A program made the translations under genes and the position numbers. A DNA stretch of 64,000 nucleotides from Mytilus trossulus (lineage: Eukaryota), in assembly GCF_036588685.1 (NCBI RefSeq), contig NC_086384.1, positions 33,542,001-33,606,000 of the forward strand, in the 5' to 3' direction. Shown piece by piece: positions 36,327-51,289 of the stretch. Numbering within the stretch: position 1 is the stretch's first letter; every line of letters begins with the position of its first letter. Under the pieces are notes generated by a model. It was not told where the DNA came from. It made no database searches and saw only the letters and a list, made by a program, of their open reading frames with translations.

Positions 36327-39300
36327 TATGAATGAGAGATATCAGTGAAGATGAATACCACCCATCGTAATTACGCATCCTTTCTCGTAATAATGATATT
36401 TTACCGGTATTGACAACATTGCCAAAACGGCGCTAGGTTCGGCTAGCCATTACACTAATGTACTGTACTTATTCAGAAAAACCGTATGTCAGTTGTAACA
36501 TGCATCACATAGTCCGTTTCTATGTTTATTGGCGTTTGATTTTTTATCAGTTCAATGTTTTTGTTATTCCATTTTGTTTTCAAGATTTGTTTCTCTCAGT
36601 TTGGTTTTGCCTGCATTTTTTCAATTAAATCGATTTGTAACTAATGAACAGCGGTATTCTAGTAAATTCTATTATTTGCCTTTATTTAGTATTAACCTAA
36701 ATAGTAAGTACAGTCTAAAGAACATTCTTGTTCGCTTTTTCGTTCTTTTTTGTCTCTTTTAGATATTTGTCTTATAGGCAATAATTAAGTTTTTTATTCA
36801 ATAGTAGACTTGTGTTTATGTATAAACAACTGAGGTGTAAATCGCCTTTAGAAAAAACAGATAAATAATAATACGATAATCTTATCAAAAGTCTCAGGTT
36901 ATTAGATACTTACTAAACTTTTCATTGTACACAATAATATACTGGACGTATTATTGTAGAGTCATTCAGCAGCACACTGTTTTAAAACTATCTTTCTGTA
37001 AAAGAAAAAAAAAGATAAAAGATGAAAAAACAAGCTTCAATGTTGTTAAACAAATATGGATATTTTTTTATCGAAGCAATATCATGAAAATACGTTTAAA
37101 CTGCATGCATATACCCGAGAAAATTATGTAGCAAGCGAGAAACAATTAGGACTAAAGGTTATCCAAGTAATCCACATTAAAGAAAGGGTAGTGAACATCT
37201 TTTATTTTAGCACAATAAGTTAAGTTCATAAACAAAAGTGTACAAACGTAAATGGCTTGCCTACTTTACGAATAATGATTGAATGTATGATGAACGTCTG
37301 TTATATATATGAAGGTTTTAAAATCACATAAACTCATCGATATTATCAATGGTATATGTAAATAAGGTGAAAATAAGCACGTAAACTCCAATCTTTATTG
37401 ACTAGGATTTTAATTTTTCCTATTGAAGGTCGATGGTTTTCTCCAGGCACTCCACCCATAAATACTGTCCAAACGTGGCGTTAAAACACCAACAATCAAC
37501 AGACCCGTATGGTGCGCAACAAGGCATTAGCAGTAAAAAAATTCTTTGACTGATTAAAAACAAATGATTGGTTAAAACTTATACATCACGTAAATGAACA
37601 CGCAAAATAAGATCTGTAACAGTTATTTTTTGTTTACATTTTTACCCATTGACATGCTGAATACACCTTATAAAATAAGAAATCATGGTCGACAATAGGT
37701 GCTGTTACCGATGTTTTTATTTCTAAATTTGTTTAAAAAAAAAATTGTTTAACAAAACCTTTTTTCAAGCTGTCAAATAAAAAAAGAGATGTGATATGAT
37801 TGCCAATGAAATAACTCTCACCAAGAGACCAAAATGACCAAGCTTAGCAATTCACAACTGTAGGTCACAATTCAAACTAGAAAATTAATAGCCTTATTTA
37901 TGTACAAACAATTAACGAAAAACAAATATGTAACACATAAGCAAAAGACAACCACTGAATTACAGGCTCCTGACTTGGGACAGGCACGTGCATACAATGT
38001 ACATAATTTGGCGCGGTTAAACATGTTAGCGGGATCCCAACCCTCCCCCAACCTGGGACAGTGGTATAACATGCATATTATTCTTTTAGATTTTACCTGA
38101 AGTTGAAAACGTAAGAAGAAGTTGCAATACTAAACCCAACTTATTTAGGAATGTTTCTGAATTACGTATTTTTACAATTATTATTCCAAAGTATTATGTG
38201 AAATTCATATATAAATTGTACAAATATTAAAATTGAGAATGGAAATGGGGAATGTGTCAAAGAGACAACAACCCGACCAAAATAAAAAAACACAACAGCA
38301 GAAGGTCACCAACAGGTCTTCAATGTAGCGAGAAATTCCTATAAATACATAATGATATAACTATACCTTCCTTAACATCAGCATTGTATAGCTTTATCAT
38401 CACTTAACCTATCTATTATAGTTTATACAAATTTGATAAATGCATGTGAAATCAATAAAATGTGTTGCAGTTACATTTGTACTTAATATTCAATTCATGT
38501 TCATAAACAATTCTCGACAAGAATTTAACAGAATGCTGAGGAAAAACAGCATTAATGTCATACATGTAATAAGATGGACCTGAACTTATTAAAAAAAGTT
38601 TCTTTGTGAAAATAACTATTGAAAATACAATGTCTATTCTAATAATGAAATGTTTATGAATAATACACAATTTAAAGAGTTATATATCTACCTTTAGCAG
38701 TATTTTATTGCTTGAAATTATAACAGCAACAGGTAAAATAATAATATGTAATCAATACTTTATAAAACTTTGTTGTGAAATAAGCCGCATAAGTAATTCA
38801 GATACGTCACATGTTACGCATTTATAATTAAATAATAAATACATTGTATACCAATGAAACAGAAATTTAGGTTGCAATAACATATATTTAATGAAAAATC
38901 CTAGGACATGGTTTTTAGAACCGATAAAAATGTTCGATATTGTTTTTGAAATGTATTTGCACCCTTAGGCTATGCATCTGTCCTCAATACCGAATTTTCA
39001 ATTAACTTCGTTTCCGGTGTCCAAATGGCCGTTCAGTGTAACCATTCTTAATTGTTTTTGTTGATATGTCTTTTGATTGAGGTAGGCTATTTCAATTGAT
39101 ATTCTAACGTGTGATTTACTATGTTGGGATTTTACACTTTTATTTCAGGTTAGGGTGATGGTTGACGCTGGTAAAAATGTTTAAACCGATGCAGTTTTGT
39201 GCACATGTCCTTAGGCAGGAATCTGTTGTCCAGTGGGTGTTGTTTGTTGATGTGGTTCCACAAGAGTTTTGCGTTTCGTTTTACTCGTTATTTATATAGA

Positions 39301-40961
39301 TACGTAAGACCGTTGTTTTTCCTATTTGAATGGTTCACTCTAGTCCTTTTTGTGACCCTTTTTAGCTTGCTGTTCGGTGTAAGCCAATGTTCCATGTTAA
39401 AGGCCGTACTTTGACCTATAATTGTAAACTTTTACAAATTGTGACTTGGATGGAAAGTTGTCTCATTGACACTCATACTATAACATCTGATATCTAATAG
39501 TAGTTCAACCTCTGTAAATTAACCAACCTGTCCACACTGAATTTGAACCCCCTGCATGTTGCAGATGGGCTCTCTTCTATCTTAGATAAATATGACAGTA
39601 AGTTTTCCTACCGGAAGTCCGTTGTGTTTTCCGGGTACCTCAACCAATAAAAACAAGGGCTGAAAGTGACGTCGTTAAACACCAATCAATTAATCATCTC
39701 CTAAAGATTAAATATAGTTTGTATTATTTTATGATTATTTTTTATGTTTCCATAATATATGCAGTTAATTATTATGTGTTTGTTTGCAGCATATCATAAA
39801 GGTCAAGGTAAAATAATACAAGTCATGTGTAGGTTAAAACATTATTCAAAATGATTTCAAAGGCGATGCAAAACTCATTGCTCAAATAAAATACAAACAT
39901 CAAATCTTAAAAAGTTTGAATTATTATTAAAAATTGAAAAGCATTAGATCTTCTATTCACGTACAAGTTATATTAATTTCCCATGAGTCTAAGTTTTTGT
40001 GTAATGGTCGATTAATATCGAATATGAGAATCTGAAATCTACAACAACAGATATATGTCAGATGTATATAACATATTGGAAAAAATAATGACAAGTTCTT
40101 TGACCTTGTACGGGGACATTAGCATTTTTATGTCTTGTATAAGGTTGTTTTGTTTGTAGTCTTAACCTTCGTTCTCCGTATTATCTAGTATATGAAGGAT
40201 AGTTATATACGGAAATACTTTGGAGAATCCCGTTTAAACAATTATAAAAGTCCATACCTCATAGTCAGCTGTAAAAGGCACTAGAATGACAAGGGGGAAA
40301 AAATCAAGTGATAAAACTAACGACCTCATTTATTATAAAAAGTACAAAATAATTTTAATCTTTATATTTTCTCAGTGTATTACACTGTAATGTTTATTGG
40401 TCGCTAATGTTACACATAAGAGGAATCTTGTTTTATCAATATCAATATACGTTTCACGCTGAAGGAAGCGTTGTGCCAATTTAGATCTTTGGCGGTAAAA
40501 TCAATGGTGGGGTTCATGGATATTTGAGTGCTCGGGAGTGATTCTTGTTTTCAGTATGGTGGAGATTAAGAGAACACCCCTATCCAGTATATAATGTATT
40601 TGCCCTTGAGTATATAAGTGGGTGCGAACTACAATTCGGGTTCTTTCGATATTCTTATAAAAGAGGACAGCTGTATCAACAGACACTTTCTGGTAGAGAC
40701 AGACTGTTCCAACCACACTGGCTTGTAGTGACAGGCCGTCTCTCATCTGGAGGACGGGCTGTAAAATAGTATTATAATTGATCGTCGTTCCTTTAAATCG
40801 ACAAAGACCACGTGTGTATATTTTAGTTCCTTGTGTAAATAGCTACAGTAACTGGTCCTCATGCACGACTCAACTAAACTATGATGTAAAGGTTCTCGGC
40901 CTGTCGAGTGTGGGAGGTTTATATTAACAGTGTTTATTTTTTTCATTTATGTTTAGATTAA

Positions 40962-41347
40962 GGATGTCTGCTTGTCATGTTTTGTATTTTTTGTCAAATT
41001 TTCGGAATCCTCTGGTTTTATCCATTTGAATGCCTTAAAAAAATCCCCATGAAGCCCTATTTTTCTTTTTATAAATCTTTTACTGTATAATAATAAGTCA
41101 TTTGTGAAAGTCTTGTAAAATTTTATTTATTTTTTAATAGTATTTGAGAACTTTTACTGGTCAATGTTAAAGCTATGAAAAATCAAGAGAGAACATTTTC
41201 CCGCCAAATTTCATTGGCTTATATCTCGAAAACAAGTACATGGACCCCCATATTTATTTTGCTATTTTGATTCCTCAATTTATTCCCTATCAATACATAC
41301 TAGTTTTATGAAAAGTTATTTATTTTGAAACTGAGCAGCGAACATCC
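40962..41347. mobile_element. Non-autonomous DNA transposon with TTAA TSD (Kolobok-like), second copy
   Basis: TTAA|GGATGTCTGCT...AGCGAACATCC|TTAA, homologous to the reverse complement of 27001-27391. Confidence 0.8.
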
Positions 41348-42694
41348 TTAAAATACGTTTGTACTTGTGACAGTTTTGTACAAGTGTAATAAAAAATAGT
41401 TTGTGTTTAATTAGATATAGGAAGATGTAGAGTGAGTGCCAATGAGACAACGGTCTATCCAAATAACAATTTATAAAAGTAAACCATTAAGTTTGTTTAT
41501 ACTTTCTATAATATTCATCGATTCTGTGCGATCCAAAGACTTCTTCTACTTCATATAATTATAATATTAATATTATTTATATATTAATATATAAAATATC
41601 ACTTACATATTTCTTCAAGACACTTTATGAGTGTAAATATTGAATAACATAGTGAAGCGACATTTTAGCTGTATATCTAGCTGTAGATAAATTAGAGAAA
41701 TATAAAGTTGTCCGAGTCTCATTGTTTTATATGAATGAAATATTTGCAACTGGACGTTAATCAATTTTCAACTAGTATAATATATTTTAGAATATTGACT
41801 CCCGAAGCAGACATAGAATGCTTTTTAAGATGTAAAATAGATTATCAATTGTATGTAGGACCTACCTTTTGATATGTTTCTGTAAGCATAACATTTATTC
41901 TGACTTATGCGCACTGAAGTTACTTTTAAATTTACTGCTTTTTGTATTCATGATCTAGATTTACTATAATTATTATTTTTTAATGTTACTTTGTAGTTAT
42001 ACATCGATGATCATTTTCGCGTGACAGAACACGTAGTATATATTAATTGCTTACCTTTCCTACATATGGGACATAAAATTGATTCCATAGCTATTTAGTC
42101 CAAGTTCATATATAAGAATCATCTAATCTATTCATCGATGAAGAAAAAAGTTCAATCTACAACTGTATTTAGCATCGTATTTAAATAAATTTTGTTATTT
42201 AAAATGCATGAAGCTATGGTCGATTTATTTTATGTAACATGTTCGTTCTTAATAACCCATAGGTGTATAACCTTAGGACAAATTATGACCTAACATTAGT
42301 TTGTTCATGCAAAACGTAGGTTGACCTATTATGCTTTAGATGCCTATAGTTTACCCATATAGCGGAAGACACCTTTCGCTTGTGTATTGGTTTTGTGTGT
42401 GTCTGTGATACTCTTTTTTCATAGACCTCTGAATCCTTATAATTCGTTTTAAGACAATAACATTAATTTTACTCTATTAGAAAGTTATCAATTTTACACT
42501 AATAATAAAGTTTTAAGGTCTGATGCGTCAAGAACTAATTAATAAACCATGATGACATATGTTTTTTCTATACATAAACCCTAATTTCTATGTTACAAAT
42601 GTAGATTTTAAACATTTTTTACAACGGTTAAGACACGTTTGGATTTAAGTAAAACTATATACATTTATGCAATTAATTGATTTGGGAGAAAGAT

Positions 42695-45600
42695 GGATGA
42701 GAGATACCAAAGGGACAGTCAAACTCATATATCGAAAATAAATTGACAACTACGCCATGGCTAAAATTGGAAAATACAAACAGACAAACAATAGTACACA
42801 CGACACAAGATAGAAAACTAAAGAATAAGCAAAACGAACACCACAAAAAACTATGAGTGATCTCAGGTGCTCCGGAAGAGTGAGCAGATCCTGCTTCACG
42901 TGTTGCTTGTGTAAAAACAAATTCCGGTAAATAGTCTGATTCGGTAGGTCACATTCATGAAAGGGAATGGGATTGTAGTAACGACGTAAGGAACATATCC
43001 GATATCATTCATGAAACGGTTATTCCATAACGGACAACCAGCTCGTTCTTTAATGGATAGTTGTCTCATTGGCAATCATACCACATCTCCTTTTTTATAT
43101 ATCGTGATGGCGTTCGTAAAATTAACGATAGAATGATTTCAACTTCACTATTTGGAACTCTTGGTTTAATAGCTTCCTTGTGAACAGCAACCCTCTATCA
43201 AGAAAATCATAATAGGAAATGCAAGCACGGGAATATCGTATCAATTTTGGAGATATGTACTCGGTATGCAGGTGCTGCTGAAATGTTGCTACTGGGAAAT
43301 GGAAACTTTACAATTGGAAAGGTGAAATCATCTCTTTTGTCGTAAAGTTTAGTTTTCAACCGATCCTCATTGTCAATTTCTAGATGTTAGTCAAGATATG
43401 AGGCCGTATCTGTAGTATCCTTTATCTCTAGTTCGATGGGATAGATGCGTTCCACATAATCACAAAATTTTGAATTATTCAGTGAAAGAAAATCATCTTT
43501 ATAGCGGAAAGTATAGTTAAAGGATATCGCTAACTTCTTATCTTTGTGAAGCTTCGACTGTCAGAAAGTCATGTTTATGGATAATGACTATGAAGTAGTG
43601 TCATTCGACCTTCTACACTTAATTGAGTTTGGCTCTTTCTGCATTTAATCAAAACCAAATTCTATCATGCTGAAAGTTGACTTTTATATATAAGAATACT
43701 GTTCAGTTTCATTAAATTAAGGTTGACTAGGACAGTGTCATTATTTTAATGTATCCATGTGCATTCTAGTGCATTTTTTTGCAAGACAAAGGCGGTGGAA
43801 TACCAGAGCAATATTCAAAATCATATTGGGTGAAAGAGGGATGAGAGATACCAAAGGGACAGTCAAACTCATATATCGAAAATAAATTGACAACTACGCC
43901 ATTTGGAACTCTTGGTTTAATAGCTTCCTTGTGAACAGCAACCCTCTATCAAGAAAATCATAATAGGAAATGCAAGCACGGGAATATCGTATCAATTTGG
44001 AGATATGTACTCGGTATGCAGGTGCTGCTGAAATGTTGCTACTGGGAAATGGAAACTTTACAATTAGAAAGGTGAAAACATCTCTTTTGTCGTAAAGTTT
44101 AGTTTTCAACCGACCCTCATTGTCAATTTCTAGATGTTAGTCAAGATATGAGGCCGAATTAACCTTATCTGTAGTATCCTTTATCTCTAATTCGATGGGA
44201 TAGATGCGTTCCACATAATCACAAAATTTTGAATTATTCAGTGAAAGAAAATCATCTTTATAGCGGAAAGTATAGTTAAAGGATATCGCTAACTTCTTAT
44301 CTTTGTGAAGCTTCGACTGTCAGAAAGTCATGTTTATGGACAATGACTATGAAGTAGTGTCATTCGACCTACTACACTGAATTGTGTTTGGCTCTTTCTG
44401 CATTTAATCAAAACCAAATTCTATCATGCTGAAAGTTGACTTTTATATATAAGAATACTGTTCAGTTTCATTAAATTGAAGTTGACTAGGACAGTTTCAT
44501 TATTTTAATGTATCCATGTGCATTCTAGTGCATTTTTTTTGCAAGACAAAGGCGGTGGAATACCAGAGGAATATTCAAAACCATAATATGCTGAAATATA
44601 TACTATAAATACGAAGCTGTGCACATGGCAAAGAAAATAGTTAAATAAGAATCAATCGTGTAAACTCAATATAGAAATCTAAAGACTGAGCAACACGAAT
44701 ACCATAAAAGGCCGGTTTTTCTCAAGTGCTTCAGAAAATTAAACATCATCTTTATAGCGGATCGTAGAGTTAAAGGATATCACTTCTTATCTTTGTGAAG
44801 CTTTGACTGCAATAAAGTCATGTTTATGAACAACCCTTCAACCTATTACGCTTTAACATTGTGTTTGGCCCTTTCTGCATTTAACCAAAACCAAGTTCTA
44901 GCATGCTGATAGTTGACTTTAATATATAAGAATACTGTTCAGTTTCATTAAATTAAAGTTGACTAGGACAGTTTCATTATTTTAATGTATCCATGTGCAT
45001 TCTAGTGTATTTTTTTGCAAGACAGGTGGTAGAATACCAGAGGAATATTGAAAATCATAATATGCTGAAATATGTACTATAAATACGAAGCTGTGCACAT
45101 GGCAAAGAAAATAACTACTGTGAAAGTACTTTTATTCGTGGGGTACCAATTTTCGTGGTTTTCGTGGATGACTTTATCCACGAATTTAAGTGTCCAACGA
45201 AATAAAACAACCATTGTCCAAATCAAGACATGGAAAGATCCCCATCGGTAGGTTTGACTACTGATCAATATGATCTAGAGAATATAGTGAATAACTTTGG
45301 ATCTTTAAATTCTGATAAAAATATTTTTGATCGATGAAAGTCAGATTTCCGGACTTGATATGCTAGTATGATAAAGTGTTCATTTTTTATCCTCCTAGTT
45401 CTTGTACATATGGGAAATAATAATTTCATGCTGGGCTTGATTTTGATAAGAATTATTTGACAATTCATGATACGTTTATAGCATTTGTTTATGTAACTGT
45501 TTTCTTTCAGGTGACATGTTAATGGCCTAATTAACACCTTTAATCTGTTGATCACTTTACCATGGGTTAATTAGTGTTATCACTCCGATTTACACGGGTC

Positions 45601-45875
45601 AATGTTTACTTTGAAATTTTCTTCAATCCAGACTGTTTGTAACCTTCATTTTTTATAGGTTTTAATTTTAATTTTTTTTTTAAACTAAAAATCCACGAAT
45701 TTAAAAACCCACGAACATGTAAATATTGCTCAAACCACGAAAATTGATACCCACGAATTAAAGTACTTTCACAGTAAATGATAAACAATCGTGTAAACTC
45801 AATATAGAAATCTAAAGACTGAGCAACACGGATACCATCAAAGGCCGGGTTTTCTCAGTTGCTTAGAAAATTAAG
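42695..45875. repeat. Local tandem triplication containing Penelope-like RT relics (- strand)
   Basis: Units at ~42695-43825, ~43832-44740 and ~44745-45875 share catctttatagcgga...ggtggaataccagag. ORF 43894-44109 encodes KLYDKRDVFTFLIVKFPFPSSNI. Confidence 0.85.
45118..45774. mobile_element. MITE, Tc1/mariner-type, TA TSD, 657 bp
   Basis: TIRs CTGTGAAAGTACTTTTATTCGTGGG / CCCACGAATTAAAGTACTTTCACAG flanked by TA. The empty site is visible in the duplicate unit at ~44640. Confidence 0.9.
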
Positions 45876-46779
45876 CTCTACATATGACACCCATCGTGTT
45901 GCTCATAAATTTATCTTACATGTAACATAATCAAAGAGAAATTCTAGTTGTCGTCAAATAAAATTGAGAATGGAAATGGGGAATGTATCAAAGAGACAAC
46001 AACCCGACCATAGAAAAAAACAACAGCAAAAGGTCACCAACAGGTCTTCACTACATTTTAAGTTCAATCCTTATTGTCAAGTAGTTGATAGTCAATATGA
46101 ATTAAATATTCTTATTTTGTTAAAATTATATGAGTTTTTTTAGCGCCGGGTTTAGTCTGCGACTAAATTTAAGATTGACTTATTGAATGTCAATTTTGGT
46201 CAGCGGCAAATATATTAAGGATATGCAGTGCTTGAGCAGGTCATGGTTATAATTGGCTCTTCAGATTCCACTTAAATGTAATTTGACATATCAAAATCCC
46301 GTTTGACTCTATACTCTTACATGTAATCTAAATCTTTTAATGTATGACCTATAATGATGTACTTTAATAAATTGTTATTTCTGTGGAGAGTTGTCTTATT
46401 GGCACTCATACTACATCTTTCATATCTATGAAATATATCTATTTGCATTTAATAAAAAACAGATTCAATCTTAATATCATACTAAAAGCTCACTTATTAG
46501 GCAAAACTTACCAGATAAAAAGTTGGTATTGTAAACTAGTAAATTGTACAAACAATTAAGTCCACACAAAATGTAATTTGGCCATTCAAAAACTGAAATG
46601 TTTAATAATTGTATTAGCTTGATAAGTCAATCTTTCCCCTGGTCACTTCCTTTATCAACATAAAGTGTTAAACAATTTACAGTTGCATTGTCACCTAATG
46701 GATAACGACCTCCAAAGTTTAATAAAAATATGGTAACTTTGGTATTCTTCAGAAGTCAATGAAGTCCTTATCGAAGTAC

Positions 46780-47130
46780 TAGTGGTTCGTGTGTTTGACT
46801 GCATGTGTGTAATTTATAAGTACGCAGTCACGTCAGCATAGAATACAAACACTTGAGTCTACGCCTCGTGTAGAAAGAGCGACACGTTCTCTGAGCATTT
46901 ATAATCCATGCAAAACATGTTTGAGGGATCGGCAGGTGGCTTGTTGCAATGCCAAATTTCTTTCTCTATCAAATATTTCTTCATTCTGAGTGGCAGTCCA
47001 AATTTCCGCGACTATCGTCATTGGTGGTATATATTACGGGACATGCCTATTGTATTTATAGTTAATTTGTTCCGATCCTGAATATGCATGATATATTTGC
47101 TACTGAATGTTAAACATCCAATAAGTATCG
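46780..47130 (+). mobile_element. Degenerate SINE-like element; its 3' tail recurs at ~41730, 48480, 48620, 57600
   Basis: Tail consensus atgcatgaaatatttgccactggacgttaa--aaccaacaatcaa. Confidence 0.45.
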
Positions 47131-48477
47131 ATTATCAGGCTGTCTGTATATTGATAGGTACATTTTTCTGTAGTTTTTCCCATCATTCCTTCCTCTGTAC
47201 ACCCCCATCCACATCCTCTTGCAAGCATTAACTCTATACTGATCTTAAAAATGTTCAAATAACAGTATGCGTCCCCCTATTTTTTTAAATCCTGGACACG
47301 CATCTGATAACAATCATGATGACTTTTGAAAGAAAGGCTTAAGCTTTTAATATAGGGGAATATTAAGCCTCATTCACTAGAATTATTTATATAAACCATT
47401 ATTTTAATCTTGTCTCGCTTTCAATCAAATAATAATTTGATGAACATAATTGGTACATGTATAACTTCTTGGACAGGTGGTTTTGAAATTACTGTCAGAA
47501 ACTGTACCAACAGTCGAACAGCTAAAAGTTCGACAACTGCAATGGTTTTGCCAAATTGAATATTATTTCAATATAAAAAAAGAAGATGTGGTATGATTGC
47601 CAATGAGAAAACTCTCCACAAGACACCAATGATACAGAAATTACTATAGGTCATCGTACGGCCTTTAATAATGAACAAAGTCCATATCGCATAGTCAGTT
47701 ATAAAAGACCCCAAAATGACAATGTTAAACAATTCAAACGAGAAAATTAACGGCCTAATTTATGTAAACAAAAAGTTCCTCTAAAGTAAAAAATGTAAGT
47801 CCTCTCAAAATTGGGAAGCCTTTTCATGCTTTAATTTTTTAATTCAACAGTTTTCTATTGTGTTTAAGCTATCCTTTGTTTTGAGATTGAAATGAGCCAC
47901 AATACATGTAGTTTAAAAGCTTCTGATGTAATCCATGATAATTTCTTAGTTGGTAACAGTTCTTCATTACTACCTTATATTGAGCCAAACTACTAGTGTT
48001 CAGTTTTATCTACATTCACTTTCAAGCCAGGAAAAGAAACGAAGCAATAAAATACACGCAAAGCTTGTTAAAGAGATTTCAGAATCGGAGAAGAACCATC
48101 TACATACTGACTTAGTTAAAACTCGGAGTCGTTTATTGAGAGGAGGTTCCTGGTTCCCACTACCTACCCCATACCCTCTTTGTTCCCGCTAAATCCCATT
48201 TCCATTCCTCTTTACTCACCGACTAAAATCGTTCAAACTTTTATCCCCCACTCTATGTATCCTGACCTCATCCTTCAGCTACGATCCCATTGAATACACC
48301 TTCTCTCCCCGCCTTCACTTCCCTCTCGCTGAATCCCGCTTCCCTCTCATCAATCGCATGCTCCCTTTACCCCCGTCCACCTCTCTTTACTGCGACACAA
48401 AGTAGCAATGGTTTTGACACGAAAACAAAATTCTTTTTGTCATTTAACTAATTAGTAAAAAAAAATAACTCTTCATG

Positions 48478-49240
48478 AACATGCATGAATGATTTGCCAC
48501 TGGACGCTAAATATTCAACAATCAAACTATCAATATGTCTGGTTTAGCTTGCTACCGTTTGTCCAATTTCGTTGTATTAAATACCCATAACCTTGTTTCA
48601 ATTTTTTTAATCGTCATAAACATGCATGAAATATTTGCCACTGGTCGTTAAATAACCGACAATCAAACAATCCATATGTTAAGTTAAGCCTGCTATCGTG
48701 TCCCCAATTTCTTTCAATATTATATATAATATGTATTACTTTGTATCGTTTCTTTTGTTGACGAGTATATATTATAAAACAACTTATGTTAATAACCTCG
48801 TTACAGGATGTACGATGTTACTTATACACGCATGACTTTTGACACAGTTTTACATAAGAGTTCACGTCAAGCTATTGCATCTAAAGATTTGTATATATAT
48901 TATAATTTTTTTTTTATTTTTACAGGATATTATTGATAAATATAATAATTCCATTTTAATAATAGAATAAAATTGTACTTATAGATAAACAGATTTGAAG
49001 TATACAAATATTATTTTATAAAAAAAAAAGTTCTTACCGTCTTTACAGCATGAGTCTGTATAAATCACCTATGTATACTTGCATGACTTTTGACACAGTT
49101 AAAAATACAAGTTCAAGTCAATCTGTTACATCTGATGACGTATACATTTGCAGTACTACATATTTTTGTATTTTTATTTCATGTAGGATATAATTGTTGG
49201 TAGATACAGAATTGTATTTCAATAATACAATAAAATTGTA
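48478..49240. repeat. Two adjacent diverged tandem duplications (~141-bp and ~251-bp period)
   Basis: aacatgcatgaa...tttgccactgg at 48478 and 48619; gcatgacttttgacacagtt at 48830 and 49081. Confidence 0.7.
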
Positions 49241-50929
49241 TGTAGACTGTATTGAATACGCCCCGATTAACATAACCGTTAAATTTAAGAAAATTTGACT
49301 TTGATTTTTTCAAACTTCAATACAATGTAATGAACATCTAATGATAATATAATGGATGTCATACAATTGGTTTATGTGATTTATGGATTACACGCATCGC
49401 TCAATTAAAACACAATATTTTATTCACATGATTGATTATTGGGATTGAAACGTTTTTTAAGTTTTAAAATACTTTATTTTTGTCATTTCAATGAAAACTA
49501 GTTTCACCTTGTTTAGATTCTGTTGAATTATACAGGTCAGACGTAGACTTTAAGTGTCCAAAAACTCGTATGCAAAAACGCGTAGAATAAGGAAAACAAT
49601 GTTATTCATTTAATCAAACTGTTCATTCTAGTATATGCTAAATATACATTTAAAAGAGGAGACGTGGTACGATTGCCAATGAGACAACTATCCACCAAAG
49701 TTAAAATAAAGTAGATGTAAGCAATTATTAGCAATCATTGTAACGCCTTCAACAAAGAGAAAAATCCATACCATAGAGTTGAAAATAAAGGCCTGAAAAC
49801 ATGAAAATATTTAGACAACTTTATTGAGAAAAATAACGGCCTGAAATTATTTATTACAAAACAATTTACGAACAAAAATATGACAGACATGAACCATCGC
49901 CAAGCACTAAACTTCAGGTTTCTGACTTGGGACAGAAAAATTTATAATTATAATATGATTTTTCAACATTTGCTACTATATATATATATAAGGTACATGT
50001 ATGGGAAACTCTTGATTCAGAATTTCTTTTTGTGTTCATTCTGCTTGCCTACAATAATTTGTTCATCATCATTCCAAATTAAACACGAATGTTAGTAGGC
50101 AACGTAAAAAAATGATTGAATATACCAGAGGTTGATGAGGATCATCATATATGTTATCATTTCATTTTACCCCTTCTCTCTCTAAAGGTTAAGAATAGAT
50201 GAACATATCATAAGACGTGTATTTGAAAATCTGCTGCAACAATTCACATTAAAAGATATGTACTAACTTACCAGGAGCTGCATGCATATATTTATGTAGA
50301 AATGTTGAGGATTAACTAACTAATGATAAAACAAAAACCGTTTTCATTATCTTTAAGGAATCTTTTACTAATGGCAATTATACTATTATCAATATTATTT
50401 TGTGCAGCGGAGTGTAGAAGTGGTGCTACAAATAGCCAAAGGTAACTAGAATAGTGGGTCAAATCGAATTGACATAGAAAAACATAAACGTAAACTTTTC
50501 AAATCTTTTTAAATGTATTACAGGTGAAAAAAAAATCAATGTATATCAATACAGGACAATATATTGAACATACATTTTCTGCATCTGTACCAAGTCAGGA
50601 ATATGGCAGTTGTTGTCCATTCGTTTGATGGAAGTTGTCGTTTGCTTTTGCCGTTTGATTAGGGAATTTCAGTTTTGAAATTTCCTCGGAGTTCAGTCTT
50701 TTTGTGATTTTATTTTTGTTGTTGTTACATTTGTAAGTTAATGAAACGATCATTTAATTTCAAAAAGGGGGGTATGTTTTTTTTCCTTAATTTGATGAAA
50801 TGAAATATTTTGATCAAGCTAATAACAAAAATGTGTTATATCTTATAGTTTTAAAATTTTGAAGAAAAATAACTATCTGATTGATTGCGTCAAAAAACTC
50901 TATCGTTAGATGGTTGGCTTGCTCTCTAA

Positions 50930-51063
50930 NNNNNNNNNNNNNNNNNNNNNNNNNNNNNNNNNNNNNNNNNNNNNNNNNNNNNNNNNNNNNNNNNNNNNNN
51001 NNNNNNNNNNNNNNNNNNNNNNNNNNNNNNNNNNNNNNNNNNNNNNNNNNNNNNNNNNNNNNN
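50930..51063. other. Assembly gap (134 N)
   Basis: Run of N characters. Confidence 1.
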
Positions 51064-51289
51064 NCTTCTCTTTTTAAACAAAAAAACATCGATATACCAA
51101 ATTATACAAAGTATAACAGACCAAAGGAGCTTGGTGTAAAATGATGTTATTCGAAAAAAAAAAAATCCTGGAGTACCAAATTGAATTATTTTTTTTGATC
51201 GCTGTATACATTTGTACCTCTCTGTAACATGCTTATTATCCGTACATACTTGTACATGTAACGTGTAATAACATGCAACAAAAACAGCT

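Noticed and set aside
50814-51144. ORFs spanning the N run
   Set aside because: Artefacts of the assembly gap.
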